The notes under the pieces were generated by a model that saw only the letters and a program-made list of their open reading frames with translations, was not told where the DNA came from and searched no databases. Made by a program: the position numbers and the translations under genes. DNA of 63,149 bases, the filler included, from Octopus bimaculoides (lineage: Eukaryota): the NCBI RefSeq assembly GCF_001194135.2. It is 6 parts of 6 records of this genome, joined end to end, with 100 filler letters (N's around TTAATTAATTAA, not from the genome) between each part and the next. Parts side by side here need not be neighbours in the genome. Positions count along the whole stretch, not along the records: positions 16,277 to 31,386 come from NC_068981.1; positions 31,487 to 46,402 come from NC_068988.1; 4 more parts are not named here. One strand, 5' to 3'. Shown piece by piece: positions 26,391 through 37,489 of the stretch; position 1 is the stretch's first letter, and each line of letters begins with the position of its first letter.

Positions 26391-26732
26391 AGTCATGGAA
26401 TGTGCAACTGGGTGTGCAGGCCGTGTTTGTAATGGTATATGTGTGTCGTCTGGGTATTAAAAATATTTGCATGACTTGAGCGCACATGTGTCGATAAGTC
26501 TTTGAAAACACTGGTTGAAATGCAACAGGAAGAAACATAATTGAACATAAAAAATTATAATTGCAATGAAATGCATACTGTATCGTGGTCTTAAATTCCA
26601 GTCTTCCTTTAGTAGCCCTGTTGTTTTAGATTGGTGTATAGAATTATGTATATATGGAAGTATACTTTAAAGTGTTAAAATGTATGTATAATCTCCTAAT
26701 ATAAGAATGAGCATTGTCTTTGTATATATATT

Positions 26733-26779
<47 letters not shown>

Positions 26780-27054
26780 CAAAGAATATATATGCATGTA
26801 TACACACATATATGTACATACTTACATCTACATGTGTATATAGATGCATATCAGGGTACAGGACGTTAGAACAATGAACTACAGACCACGGAACGAACAC
26901 ATAGGAAAACAGATAGCCACTTGGAATTAATCCTTCGTCAGCTGCCTCTATTCTAACTAGACGTTTCGAAGGTAAGGCAGGGTCTTAATGTACTCTAGAA
27001 TAGTCTCTTCCTGAGTAGTGGATCGACCCATATATATATATGTATATATATATT

Positions 27055-27099
<45 letters not shown>

Positions 27100-27179
27100 T
27101 TATTGCCAAGCCAACATGGCAGTCCAAAAAAGTAGGACAAATGCTTATTATATAGTAGTAATAATAATAATAATCATGG

Positions 27180-27610
27180 TTTCAAATTTTGGGGAATGTA
27201 TAATAAATAAGTCACTTACATTGACTGCAGTATTCAGCTGGTATTTATTTTATCGACCCTGGAAAGATGAAAGGCAAAGTTGACCTTGGTGGAATTTGAG
27301 CTCAGAATGGGGAAGACAGACGAAATGGCGCCAAGCATTTTGGCTGGCATGCTAATAATTTTGCCAGCTCACCACCATAGTAATAATAATCCTTTCCACT
27401 AAAAGCACAAGCCCTGAAATTATAGAGGAGGAGACTAATTGATTACATTGGCACCCCCTAAAGTGTTTCATTGGTACTTATTTTATTGACCCCTGAAAGG
27501 ATGAAAGGCAAAGTCAACCTTGGCGGAATTTGAACCCGGAATGTAAGGATGGAAGAAATGGTGCTAAGCATTGTGCCCAGCTTGCTAATGATTCTGCTTG
27601 CTCACCGCCA
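27180..27610 (-). mobile_element. Two tandem SINE family B copies
   Basis: Two GATGAAAGGCAAAGT..GGAATTTGA blocks at about 27265 and 27500. Confidence 0.8.
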
Positions 27611-28040
27611 TAATAATAATAATAATGATGACGACGATGATGACCATGAGATGAAGAAGAAGAACAACAATGTATATATACTATATAAAGAAATAAAATC
27701 TGGTTCTTTTAAGATGAAAATTAAAAATTTGCACTGCTGCAATTGAGACTATCCAAAGAGTAGCATGATGTTTTTCTTGAGAATTTTGTAACCTTTTATC
27801 ACATTACCAAGACTTGAGTTAACATATGATGCATGCAAATATTAAATTTATATTGCTTTTGCAATAATAAACAGTTTATTTTCTTTCCTAAATAGCTTTT
27901 TTTTTTTCTAATATATTTTGGTTCTGTGTTTGTGCATGTGTGTGTGTGTTTGTGTGGTAATTTACTTTGATCTTAATTTATTTATTTATTAGTTTTAAAA
28001 GAAAATTTTTTCTTCTTCTTTCTTGGTATTATTTCTTCAG

Positions 28041-28187
28041 ATGTATGGTTTGAAACATGATCAGATCACACTGGATGACCCAATCTGCCGTGCCGAGAAG
28101 ATCAACAACTATTTTGTGTTGAGATCCAGCTACAGTGACTGTCAGACCATTCCTCATAAAAGTTCTCCACTTAAATATTCTAATAAG
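28041..28187 (+). CDS. TGFBR3: Betaglycan/TGFBR3-like exon, ZP-N core
   Basis: atttcttcag acceptor and AAG|gtaaga donor; 147 nt, phase 0/0. Reads MYGLKHDQITLDDPICRAEKINNYFVLRSSYSDCQTIPHKSSPLKYSNK, compared with human GYSGMDVTLLDPTCKAKMNGTHFVLESPLNGCGTRPRWSALDGVVYYNS. Confidence 0.88.
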
Positions 28188-28193
28188 GTAAGA

Positions 28194-28243
<50 letters not shown>

Positions 28244-28427
28244 GAATATATATTTGTGTGTGTGTATATATATATATATATATGTATGTGAATATATATG
28301 TATATATATATGTGTGTGTGTGTGTGTATGTATCATCATCATTTAATGTCTGTCTTCCATGTTAGCGTATATATATATTTGTATATATGTCTGTAGGTTT
28401 GTGTCATCTGAACATAATCGATGTATA

Positions 28428-28503
<76 letters not shown>

Positions 28504-28504
<1 letters not shown>

Positions 28505-28889
28505 AGGCGTAGGAGTGGCTGTGTGGTAAGTAGCTTGCTTACCAACCACATGGTTCTGGGTTCAGTCCCATTGCGTGGCACCTTGAGCTAGTGTCTTTTA
28601 CTATAGCCTCTGGCCGACCAAAGCCTTGTGCGTGGATTTGGTAGATGGAAACTGAAAGAAGCCTGTCGTATATATGTATAAATATGTATGTGTGTTTGTG
28701 TGTCTGTATTTGTCCCCCCACCATCGCTTGACAATCGAATGCTGGTGTGTTTACGTCCCCGTAACTAGCGGTTCGGCAAAAGAGACCGATAGAATAAGTA
28801 CTAGGCTTACAAAGAATAAGTCCTGGGGTTGATTTGCTCGACTAAAGACAGTGCTCCAGCATGGCCACAGTCAAATAAATGACCGAAAC
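28504..28889 (+). mobile_element. SINE family A copy
   Basis: Full head and core; ends at a gap. Confidence 0.92.
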
Positions 28890-28899
28890 NNNNNNNNNN

Positions 28900-28948
<49 letters not shown>

Positions 28949-29838
28949 GTGTGTATAATCACACACACATGTATGTATCTATATATAAACATACATGGTT
29001 GAGGGTACACATTTGGACACATCTTTATTGCGCTTTGACTATTACCAACTCCACCTTTCACCTCAGCAGACCCCAGTTTGGTCCATTCAACATGTTTAAC
29101 TTCTGAACTATCAGGTTGCCTCATGGATTGACCTCAGTTTGTTAATTCATTTGCTTGAATGAGCAACTACCTATGGCTCTATCATCTCAGATCACCACAG
29201 GATTCCGTGTTGTGTAATAGCATTTCTGCTTACCATTCTGAGTTTCACACATATTTCACACGAGGTGTGTTCATTCCTAGCTTCTTGCTTCAGTGGAACT
29301 TGTGCTATGGGGTTGAATATCAAATTTTGGTACTAGGGTAAGTTCTATTCTCTCTCTCTCTCTCTATGTTTATTTAGTTGCGTATGTACATGTGCATATG
29401 TATGCATGTGTGTCTGTGGAAGGAGGCATATGTATGGGCATAGGAATATACATACATACATATGATACAGTTCTAAGTTTCATTGATAGATGTGGGTCAG
29501 TTGATATATGAAATTAATGTCGAGTTTTGATGTTTGATAAAAATGTGTTTTTAATGACTAATTCTTCTGTCTCTGGTGCACTGAGCTGGGCATATCTGAT
29601 GTAATATGAACGAGGCTATAAATGTAAAGTTAGAACATGCCAGTAAATAAAGAAAGAAATACAGTCTCTCTCTCTCTCTCTCTCTCTTCCTCCCTCCCTG
29701 TTTTCCTCCTTTTTTTCTCTTCCTCTATATTCCTCTTCCTACTTTCTTGTCCTCCTGCTCCCATATGCAACCATTTAGATGTATGAAAAAACTCAAATGA
29801 ACAGAATGATATTCAAGTTTTTAATATATGAAAGTTAT

Positions 29839-30044
29839 TTTACTCTTTTACTTGTTTCAGTCATTTGACTGTGGCCATGCTGGAGCACCGCCTTTAGTCG
29901 AGCAAATCGACCCCAGGACTTATTCTTTGAAAGCCTAGTACTTATTCTATCAGTCTCTTTTTGCCGAACTGCTAAGTTCCCGGGATGTAAACACACCAGC
30001 ATCGGTTGTCAATCGATGTTGGGGGGACAAACACAGACACGCAA

Positions 30045-30094
<50 letters not shown>

Positions 30095-30278
30095 GCATAT
30101 ATATATACATATATATGACGGGCTTCTTTCAGATTCCGTCTACCAAATCCACTCACAAGGCTTTGGTCGGCTCGAGGCTATAGTAGAAGACACTTGCCCA
30201 AGGTGCCACGCAGTGGGACTGAACCCGGAACTATGTGGTTGGTAAGCAAGCTACTTACCACACAGCCACTCCTACGCC
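29839..30278 (-). mobile_element. SINE family A copy (antisense)
   Basis: Reverse complement of the 28504 copy. Confidence 0.92.
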
Positions 30279-30381
30279 TTGGTAATTTTATAATTAAACA
30301 ATTGGTAATTTTATAATTAAACAATTTCTTTTGTTTTTCTTTTTAATCCCATTTTTTTTTGTTTTGTCTTTTATCTTTCAG

Positions 30382-30633
30382 CTTAAAATTCACCACACAC
30401 GGATATCTCAGCCTTTACAACCTCTACAACCTTCCAAAGTGACTCAGTTCGAAGGTTCTGGCATTCGGAACGACGCCAGCGACGGCACCGACGACGACGA
30501 CGATGACAACTATGAGAAAAAGCAAGGTTCTGGCTCCGGCTATTTGCTTCCTCTCGATGATACACACATGGATGATGAAGACTACCGCTTCCAAAATATC
30601 ATGATTGATTTCAGCTGCTCCCCCAGCAAAAAG
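30382..30633 (+). CDS. TGFBR3: Betaglycan/TGFBR3-like exon, end of ZP-N with acidic Ser-Gly (GAG attachment) insert
   Basis: ttatctttcag acceptor and AAG|gtaaag donor; 252 nt, phase 0/0. Reads LKIHHTRISQPLQPLQPSKVTQFEGSGIRNDASDGTDDDDDDNYEKKQGSGSGYLLPLDDTHMDDEDYRFQNIMIDFSCSPSKK. NIMIDFSC corresponds to human EIVVFNC. Confidence 0.85.
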
Positions 30634-31004
30634 GTAAAGGAAGATATTAAGTTAATAAATAATAAGGCTAATATTATCCTCACCTTATAAGAAATTGTTT
30701 GAGCCCATCATACAAAGTGATCCCAATGATGCATAATTAAAATTAAAAGAAAACAACCCACCCCCATTATTGAATAAACCCCAATGCACAAAAACAACAT
30801 TATTCTTATCCCCCCACCATGTCCACAAAAGAAAGGACCCAGTACACTGTACAGTGGTTGGCGTTAGGAAGGGCATCTAGTCATTGAAGCCATGCCAAAA
30901 CAGACAGCTGGAGCCTGATGCAGCTCCCAGCCTTACCAGCTCCTGTCAGACCATCCAACCCATGCCAGCATGGAAAAATGGATGTTAAATGATGATTCTA
31001 CTCT

Positions 31005-31385
31005 AATCACAAGACTCGTAATTTTGGGGGAGGGGGCCAGTTGATTAGATTGACCCCAGTACATAACTAGTACTTAATTTATTGACCCTGAAAGGATGAA
31101 AGGCAAAGTTGACCTCAGCGGAATTTGAACTTGGAATGTAAAACATAGACGGAATACCACTAAGCATTTCGCCCACTGTGCTAACGTTTCTTATTTCTTT
31201 ATTGTCCACAAGGGGCTAAACATAGAGGGGACAAACAAGGACAGACAAAGGGATTAAGTCGATTACATCGACCGTAGTGCGTAACTGGGACTTAATTTAT
31301 CGACCCCGAATGGATGAAAGGCAAAGTCAACCTAGGCGGAATTTGAACTCAGAACGTTACGTTCTGAGTTCAAATTCATTTCGTC
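31005..31385 (-). mobile_element. Two tandem SINE family B copies with terminal fold-back
   Basis: Two GATGAAAGGCAAAGT blocks; perfect 19-bp inverted repeat at 31339-31377. Confidence 0.85.
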
Positions 31386-31386
31386 T

Positions 31387-31486
31387 NNNNNNNNNNNNNN
31401 NNNNNNNNNNNNNNNNNNNNNNNNNNNNNNTTAATTAATTAANNNNNNNNNNNNNNNNNNNNNNNNNNNNNNNNNNNNNNNNNNNN
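31387..31486. other. Artificial scaffold join: 44 N + TTAATTAATTAA + 44 N
   Basis: The same 100-bp spacer recurs with the 12-mer at 16221, 31431, 46447, 60418 and 62068. Confidence 0.92.
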
Positions 31487-31689
31487 CCCACCCTCAGCCT
31501 AACCCACACTCCACCCGTACTTTCCCCACTCTCGCCTCTCCCACTTCCCAACACCATCACACCACACCACGCTACACCATACCACACAACACATCACATC
31601 ACAACACACCACCACGCACACACCAGCACTGACCAATTCCCATCCCCACATTTTCACACCTACATACACATGCATACGTTAAGATAACC

Positions 31690-31975
31690 AGTATTCTCTT
31701 ACACACATGCACCTTCGTTTTGGGATCACTACTAAATTGTTATCTCCCCTTCTTCTTAACTCTCCTGTGTGACTCTTCTGTCCGGCATTCGCCATGATAG
31801 ATCGCTGACCACTACACACATTTTTCTCTCCTTGTTTCTTTCTGTGTGCCTGTCTCTGGAAGAGCGTAGGCTCGAAACGTTAAAGACTTTTTCAATCCCC
31901 GAGCGTTATACTAATACATCTATTTGTTTTCTACACCATCTGTCTTGATCTGTTGTTTTTTTGTGAATTCTCCCT
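31690..31975 (+). mobile_element. Penelope-like 3' end/pLTR with decayed hammerhead
   Basis: ..GAAGAGCGTAGGCTCGAAACGTTAAAGAC with an altered core; homologous to 25350-25500 (-). Confidence 0.65.
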
Positions 31976-32166
31976 ATATATATATATATATATTTAAAAT
32001 TTAGGGTGCAGCAAGTATTGCTTCACCACACACCGAAAATTCTATATCTGTATGAGGTATATATATATATATATANNNNNNNNNNNNNNNNNNNNNNNNN
32101 NNNNNNNNNNNNNNNNNNNNNNNNNNNNNNNNNNNNNNNNNNNNNNNNNNNNNNNNNNNNNNNNNN

Positions 32167-32221
<55 letters not shown>

Positions 32222-32271
32222 ATGTAAGTATGTATGTATGCATTATTAAGTAAATAAGTTTCAATCATATT

Positions 32272-33029
32272 TGTAAAATCTAACGTTTTACGAGCTGAGA
32301 TTGGAAATCGAATCTAAGGATTCTCGCTCGCCTGATTCACCACTGGCCGAACAGGCGTGAAAGAAATTTCTTTGTCCTGTCAAAGAGTGATGGATGGATT
32401 TCCATTTGACCTCTGACGTGAGCTGTGTCACTGAGGGTTCAAGTGGACAGCTGGCCACCTACATGGTTAGAAATTACTCCTATGATATGTCTGTTCTTCT
32501 AGCTAGGATGACCATTCTAAATACAGTCAAGCACACGACAGAAGAGCAGACATCCAGCTACAGGTAAGCGACCGAGAGACAGCAGACAGCTTGTGCTGTC
32601 ACAAGCTGTCTGCTATTTCTCGGTCGCTTACTTGTAGCTGGATGTCAGCAGTGAGCCACGTATTCAGCATGAACGACACAACATAGTAGCAGTCGCGCAA
32701 CACAAACAGACAGGACAGAAAGAAAAAATCGAACCGACCGAATGACCGACGCATACACAGACACAAAACATGCCCAGGACTAGCTCATCAAATTCTCCCG
32801 TTGTTCATATTTACTTCGCCAACTCTAAGCACTTGGTAACTTCATGTAACGGCCTTCCTTGTTATTGTGAATCAAACTTTGTGCATCAAACACGTAAATG
32901 CAAGTGTGGATTAAATGAATTATTTAAACTACAATCCGATGCTTTCCTCATTGTTTTACTTTGATGTCGTCAACACGCCTATCTTCATCTCCTACAACAT
33001 CAACACCTTTTGCTACACAACCTGCTACA
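32272..33029 (+). repeat. 5' LTR (758 bp)
   Basis: Starts TGTAAAA, ends CTACA, followed by TT and the PBS; collinear with 34950-35678. Confidence 0.9.
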
Positions 33030-33148
33030 TTTGGTGACCCTGACAAAGAATGACAGCCTTCACATTACACATCACAAAGTCAAAACTGGAAAATTGCTGC
33101 TATTAGTCGTCACACTATGTCTCTACCGGAACACAATCCACAGCCAAC

Positions 33149-34300
33149 ATGGAATTCCAGACTGCGACTACAGTGAAGATTCCAGCATTCTGGATGTACG
33201 ACCCCGCATTGTGGTTTAATCATATCAAGGCCCAGCTTTCTCCGAACTGAATAGTTAGCAATGCGTCTCGCTTTACGTACGTGATCGGTTCCCTATCGCC
33301 AGAAATCATGAACGTGGTCCGAGATCTCATTATGGCACCACCCGGTTCTGTGTCATACGACACATTCAAAACCACCCTTCTCAACAGGACTTCAGAGTCT
33401 TAACAAAAACGTCTCCACCAGCTCCTTACATCTGAGAAATTAAGAGATAGAACGTCCTCCCAGCTTCTACGGAGAATGAAGCAGCTTCTGGGAGATGAGA
33501 TCATCCCCTAAAAAATCTTCAAGCAACTTTTTCTCCAGCGTCTGCTCTCCAACACATAGGTAGTGCTCGCTTCCATAAGAGAATCCACTTCCATTGAGAA
33601 ACTGGCAGAGCTTGCAGACAAAATCGCCGAGGTACTACATAGATATTCAACGTTATCGACTATGACGCCAGCCGTTCCTTCTATAAATCCTTTTCTTTCC
33701 TCGATCAGTGCTTCCGAAATTTCGGACTTGCGCTCATTGATGACGCAGCATTCATCACAGATACAGTCCCTGACAACACAGATACAAGCCCTATCACTTG
33801 GTATCCCCGTCGAAGTAGCAGCCGATCGCGTTGAATTGGTAGGCGGTCACGAAGCCCGAGTGACTCCCAGAATTCACAGGAAACTTGTTGGTACCACCGT
33901 AAGTTTAGAATACGGGCACAGAAATGCACGACTTCTCAACATCCCGTTCAGGAAACGACACAGCCAGGAATTGAATGCGACGGAAGTTCCTGGTTCTCAC
34001 CCACAAAGTCTCCTGTTTTTAGTCTGCGATCGTGTAACAGGCACGCCTTTCTTTGTTGATACCGGCGCGTAAGTCAGCATAATCCCTGTTTCTTGCACTT
34101 CAGGCAACAAAAAAGTGACACCAGTCTGCTTTCAGGCAGTCAACAACTCACCGATTCCAACCTACGGTGAATAGTCCCTAATACTGAACTTAGGATTACG
34201 CTGCACCTTCCAGTGGGTATTCGACTTCATCAAGCTACCAACCCCTATTTTTTAGGAGCCGATTTCTTTCATCATTTCGGTCTCCTTGTAGATATCAAGC
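33149..34300 (+). pseudogene. Gypsy gag plus aspartic protease remnant
   Basis: KIPAFWMYDPALWFNHIKAQL, RFTYVIGSLSPEIMNVVRDLI, KRLHQLL..LRDRTSSQLLRRMKQLLG, LAELADKIAEV, CWYHRKF..AQKC knuckle, and protease FFVDTGA*VSIIP; multiple stops and frameshifts. Confidence 0.9.
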
Positions 34301-34949
34301 ACTTCGACAAATAAAAACAAATTGCTTTTCTATGGTTATGAACAATTTCCACATATATAACCCAAATGACTCTGCATCACACGCATACAAACCAAACAAG
34401 ACGAAAAACATTTTGTATATAAAAATCAAACATATGTTTCTCTATATAATTGAACTGATTGAACCAACGAACTCTTTGCATGAACATTTTCATTTTTATG
34501 TAAAATTATATTTTCTTGCATGCACAGATGTTTTGCTTTGTTTTAAAAATGTTTTGTTCTCTGTATCACGCCTGTATGCTTACACACTTGCACCACTCAT
34601 ATTTTCATGTCTTCTATCATTTGCTCTCCGCACTACTGAAAGACAACTTACCTCGATTAGACCTGTAGTGAGTCGCGTAATCAATAGAGTTGCATATCTC
34701 TTTCAACGCGCCAGCATATTACATTTATGCTTTTGGCTATGTATATACGCATTGCCTAACACATATTGCAACACCAACTCTGAACGTTGAATTTTTGCCT
34801 TACATTTTTTCATTTCTTTCATTTCATATGCTTTTGACATGCATTCATTTTTTTGTAAACGACACTATATACATTTTCTGCATTACACACAAAATCACAC
34901 GCATCTGTATCATTCGATCTCTGTGGCTTTTTCCCCGGAAGTGGGGTAG

Positions 34950-35678
34950 TGTAAAATATAACATTTCATTTTCCGAGCTGAGATTCGAAACCGAATCTAA
35001 GGATTCTCGCTCGCCTGATCCATCACTGGCTGAACAGGCGTGAAAGAAATTTCTTTGTCCTGTCAAGGTGTGGTGGATGGAATTCCATTCGACTTCCAAC
35101 CTGAACTGTATCACTGAGGGTTCAAGTGGACAGCAGGTGACCTACATAGGTAGAAATTACTCCTATGATATGTCTGTTCTTCTAACTAGGATGACCATTA
35201 TAGATACAGTCAAACACTGAAGAGCAGACAGCCAGCAACATGTAAGCGACCGAGAGACAGCAGACAGCTTGCGATAGTCAAGCAGCCAGCAGAGAGCCAC
35301 ATATTCAGCATGAATGGCACGACACAGTAGCAGTCGCACAACACAAACAGATAGGACGGAAACAAAATACGAACCGACCGAATGATCAACGTGCACACAA
35401 AACATGCCCTGTTCTACAACCACATCACATCGACACTATATTTTTCGTGTTGTTTATTTTTACTTCGCCAACTCTAAGCACTTGGTAACTTTATGTAGCG
35501 GCCTTCCTTGATATTGTGAATCAAACCTTGTGTATCAAATACATAAATGCAAGTGTGGATTAAATTAATTATTAAAACTACAATCCGTTGCTTTCCTCAT
35601 TGTTTTACTTTGATGTCGTCAACACGCCCGTCTTCATTTGCTACACCAACAACACCTTTTGCTACATATACCCCTACA
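34950..35678 (+). repeat. 3' LTR (729 bp)
   Basis: Preceded by the PPT, starts TGTAAAA, ends CTACA, followed by TSD TATT. Confidence 0.9.
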
Positions 35679-35751
35679 TATTCTCCATTTTTTCATACCT
35701 GCTCCATAATTTTGGCAAAAGCTGTATATATACCTCGTTCAGATATTTATT

Positions 35752-35802
<51 letters not shown>

Positions 35803-36031
35803 CTACCAATATTTCTATCTATCCATCTCCATTATCTTGGAACCTCAACCAACAAAACAAAAATAAATAAAACCCCAAAACAACATTCACAAAATTGTAT
35901 TTGACAACTAGAAAGGAACGAAAGCGCTAATAATGATGAAGAAATAAAAGGATTTTTTTTCAAACATTCTGACTTTTTTTCTCAGTATTCAATTCTGTAC
36001 ATCACACCTAACATTCTATACATACATACAT

Positions 36032-36091
<60 letters not shown>

Positions 36092-36565
36092 TAAAAAGTC
36101 AATAAAATAAAATGGAGAAGAAAAAATATAATAGATGCTTGGTTCATTTTATTTGTATCAAAATGGAAAAGTAATGCAAATTAAAAAAGATACCTAGAAC
36201 AAGTATAAAAGGAATCGCATCAACAAAATAACCCAAAAATATTCCTCAAAAATCCTACATATGTTTCAATTCTACGGTATGTTCGAATCATCAATCTTGT
36301 AACTTTTATAAATGTATTAAACGATATATTGCGGATATCTTCAGGGAAATGTAAGTATATTTTCTGGTCTTGAATTACGAAATAACTTATTTGAGGACTA
36401 TGTTTAGGAATTTTCAAATGTATAACAAATTATTAGGACGCAGAGTCCATATGATTAGAAATTGATTGTTTAAAACTTAGCTAATACTGAACGTTGAAAT
36501 GCTGCTAAAACATCAAATTCATTTGAAAAATATATCTATAATTATATTTAAAATTAAATTTAAAT

Positions 36566-36895
36566 ATATTTATAAAAGTTCATGTGAGGGAGATAGTAGA
36601 AAGACAGATGCAACTTATCATGAGGGGTGAATTAAACAAAGAATTAGGTTTGGAAATGTTAATGGGATGAAAAGTATGTTTATATTATACTACGATAATT
36701 TTTTTGAAGTACTACAGAGAAATATATTTATATTTATAAAAGTTTATGGAAGGAAGATGGGATAAATACAAATATAACTTAACATGAGTGGTGTAATATA
36801 CAAAGAATTAGATTAAGAAATGTTAGTAAAGAGGGTCTGTTAAGTTTGTTTATATTATACTTCGATAATGTTTTTTTAGAATTACTACAGAGAAG
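36566..36895. repeat. Diverged tandem dimer, unit about 164 bp
   Basis: ATATTTATAAAAGTT..ACAAAGAATTAG..GTTTATATTATACT.CGATAAT..TACTACAGAGAA occurs twice. Confidence 0.8.
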
Positions 36896-37489
36896 TATTA
36901 TAACATTAGTGCCATTTAGGATTATATTGGCGAGGATATAATTACCGGTGTTCTAAGAAAAAATATTAGGTATGTCAAAATATTAAAAACAACTATATTG
37001 TACTCACTTACGAAATGCTAGAAGAATTAAAAAACCGATGTTGCAGGATAAATTCCTTAGGTCAAAATGATTTCTTTATTACCCACAAAAGGGCCAAATA
37101 TCGATGGGACAATACAGAGCAATACAAACATGTGGGTAAGTGAAAACGGATGAAATAATGCAATGAATAAATGAAAGATGTAATGATGACGCTCGGCCCT
37201 ACATCTGGGTGCCATCATTTCACTTTTGATTACTTTTTAAGAAAGTCTGCAAAACTGATGTTAAATTTTGAATATAAATTTTCTGCACCTATCATGTGTA
37301 GTAAGTCTTTTTCTATTTTAATTTCACAGTATTTCACTTTCTCGTACTTTCTAGTTTTCCTTTATCTGTAATGTCTGTGATAGCACATCCCAAATGCGAG
37401 AGGATTTTGTGCTAAGCATTTATCATTCACATGCTTTCCAACGTCTTTATTTCAGCTACCAATTATTTATCCATTAGATCATAGAAGAT

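Larger units (their letters stand above)
32272..35678 (+). mobile_element. Gypsy LTR retrotransposon (CsRn1-like lineage), internally deleted and degenerate
   Basis: Two related TG..CA LTRs; 4-bp TSD TATT (32268-71 and 35679-82); PBS TGGTGACCCTGAC at 33032; PPT GGAAGTGGGGTAG at 34937-49; gag and protease remnants with stops; no RT/RNaseH/integrase. Confidence 0.92.

Noticed and set aside
26925-27010. Hammerhead-like words (CGAAACGTC and CTGACGAAGG) on the minus strand
   Set aside because: Stem I cannot be formed; at most a decayed Penelope pLTR.
30280-30325. 23-bp tandem duplication next to a SINE head
   Set aside because: Not flanking the element, so not a TSD; ordinary local slippage.
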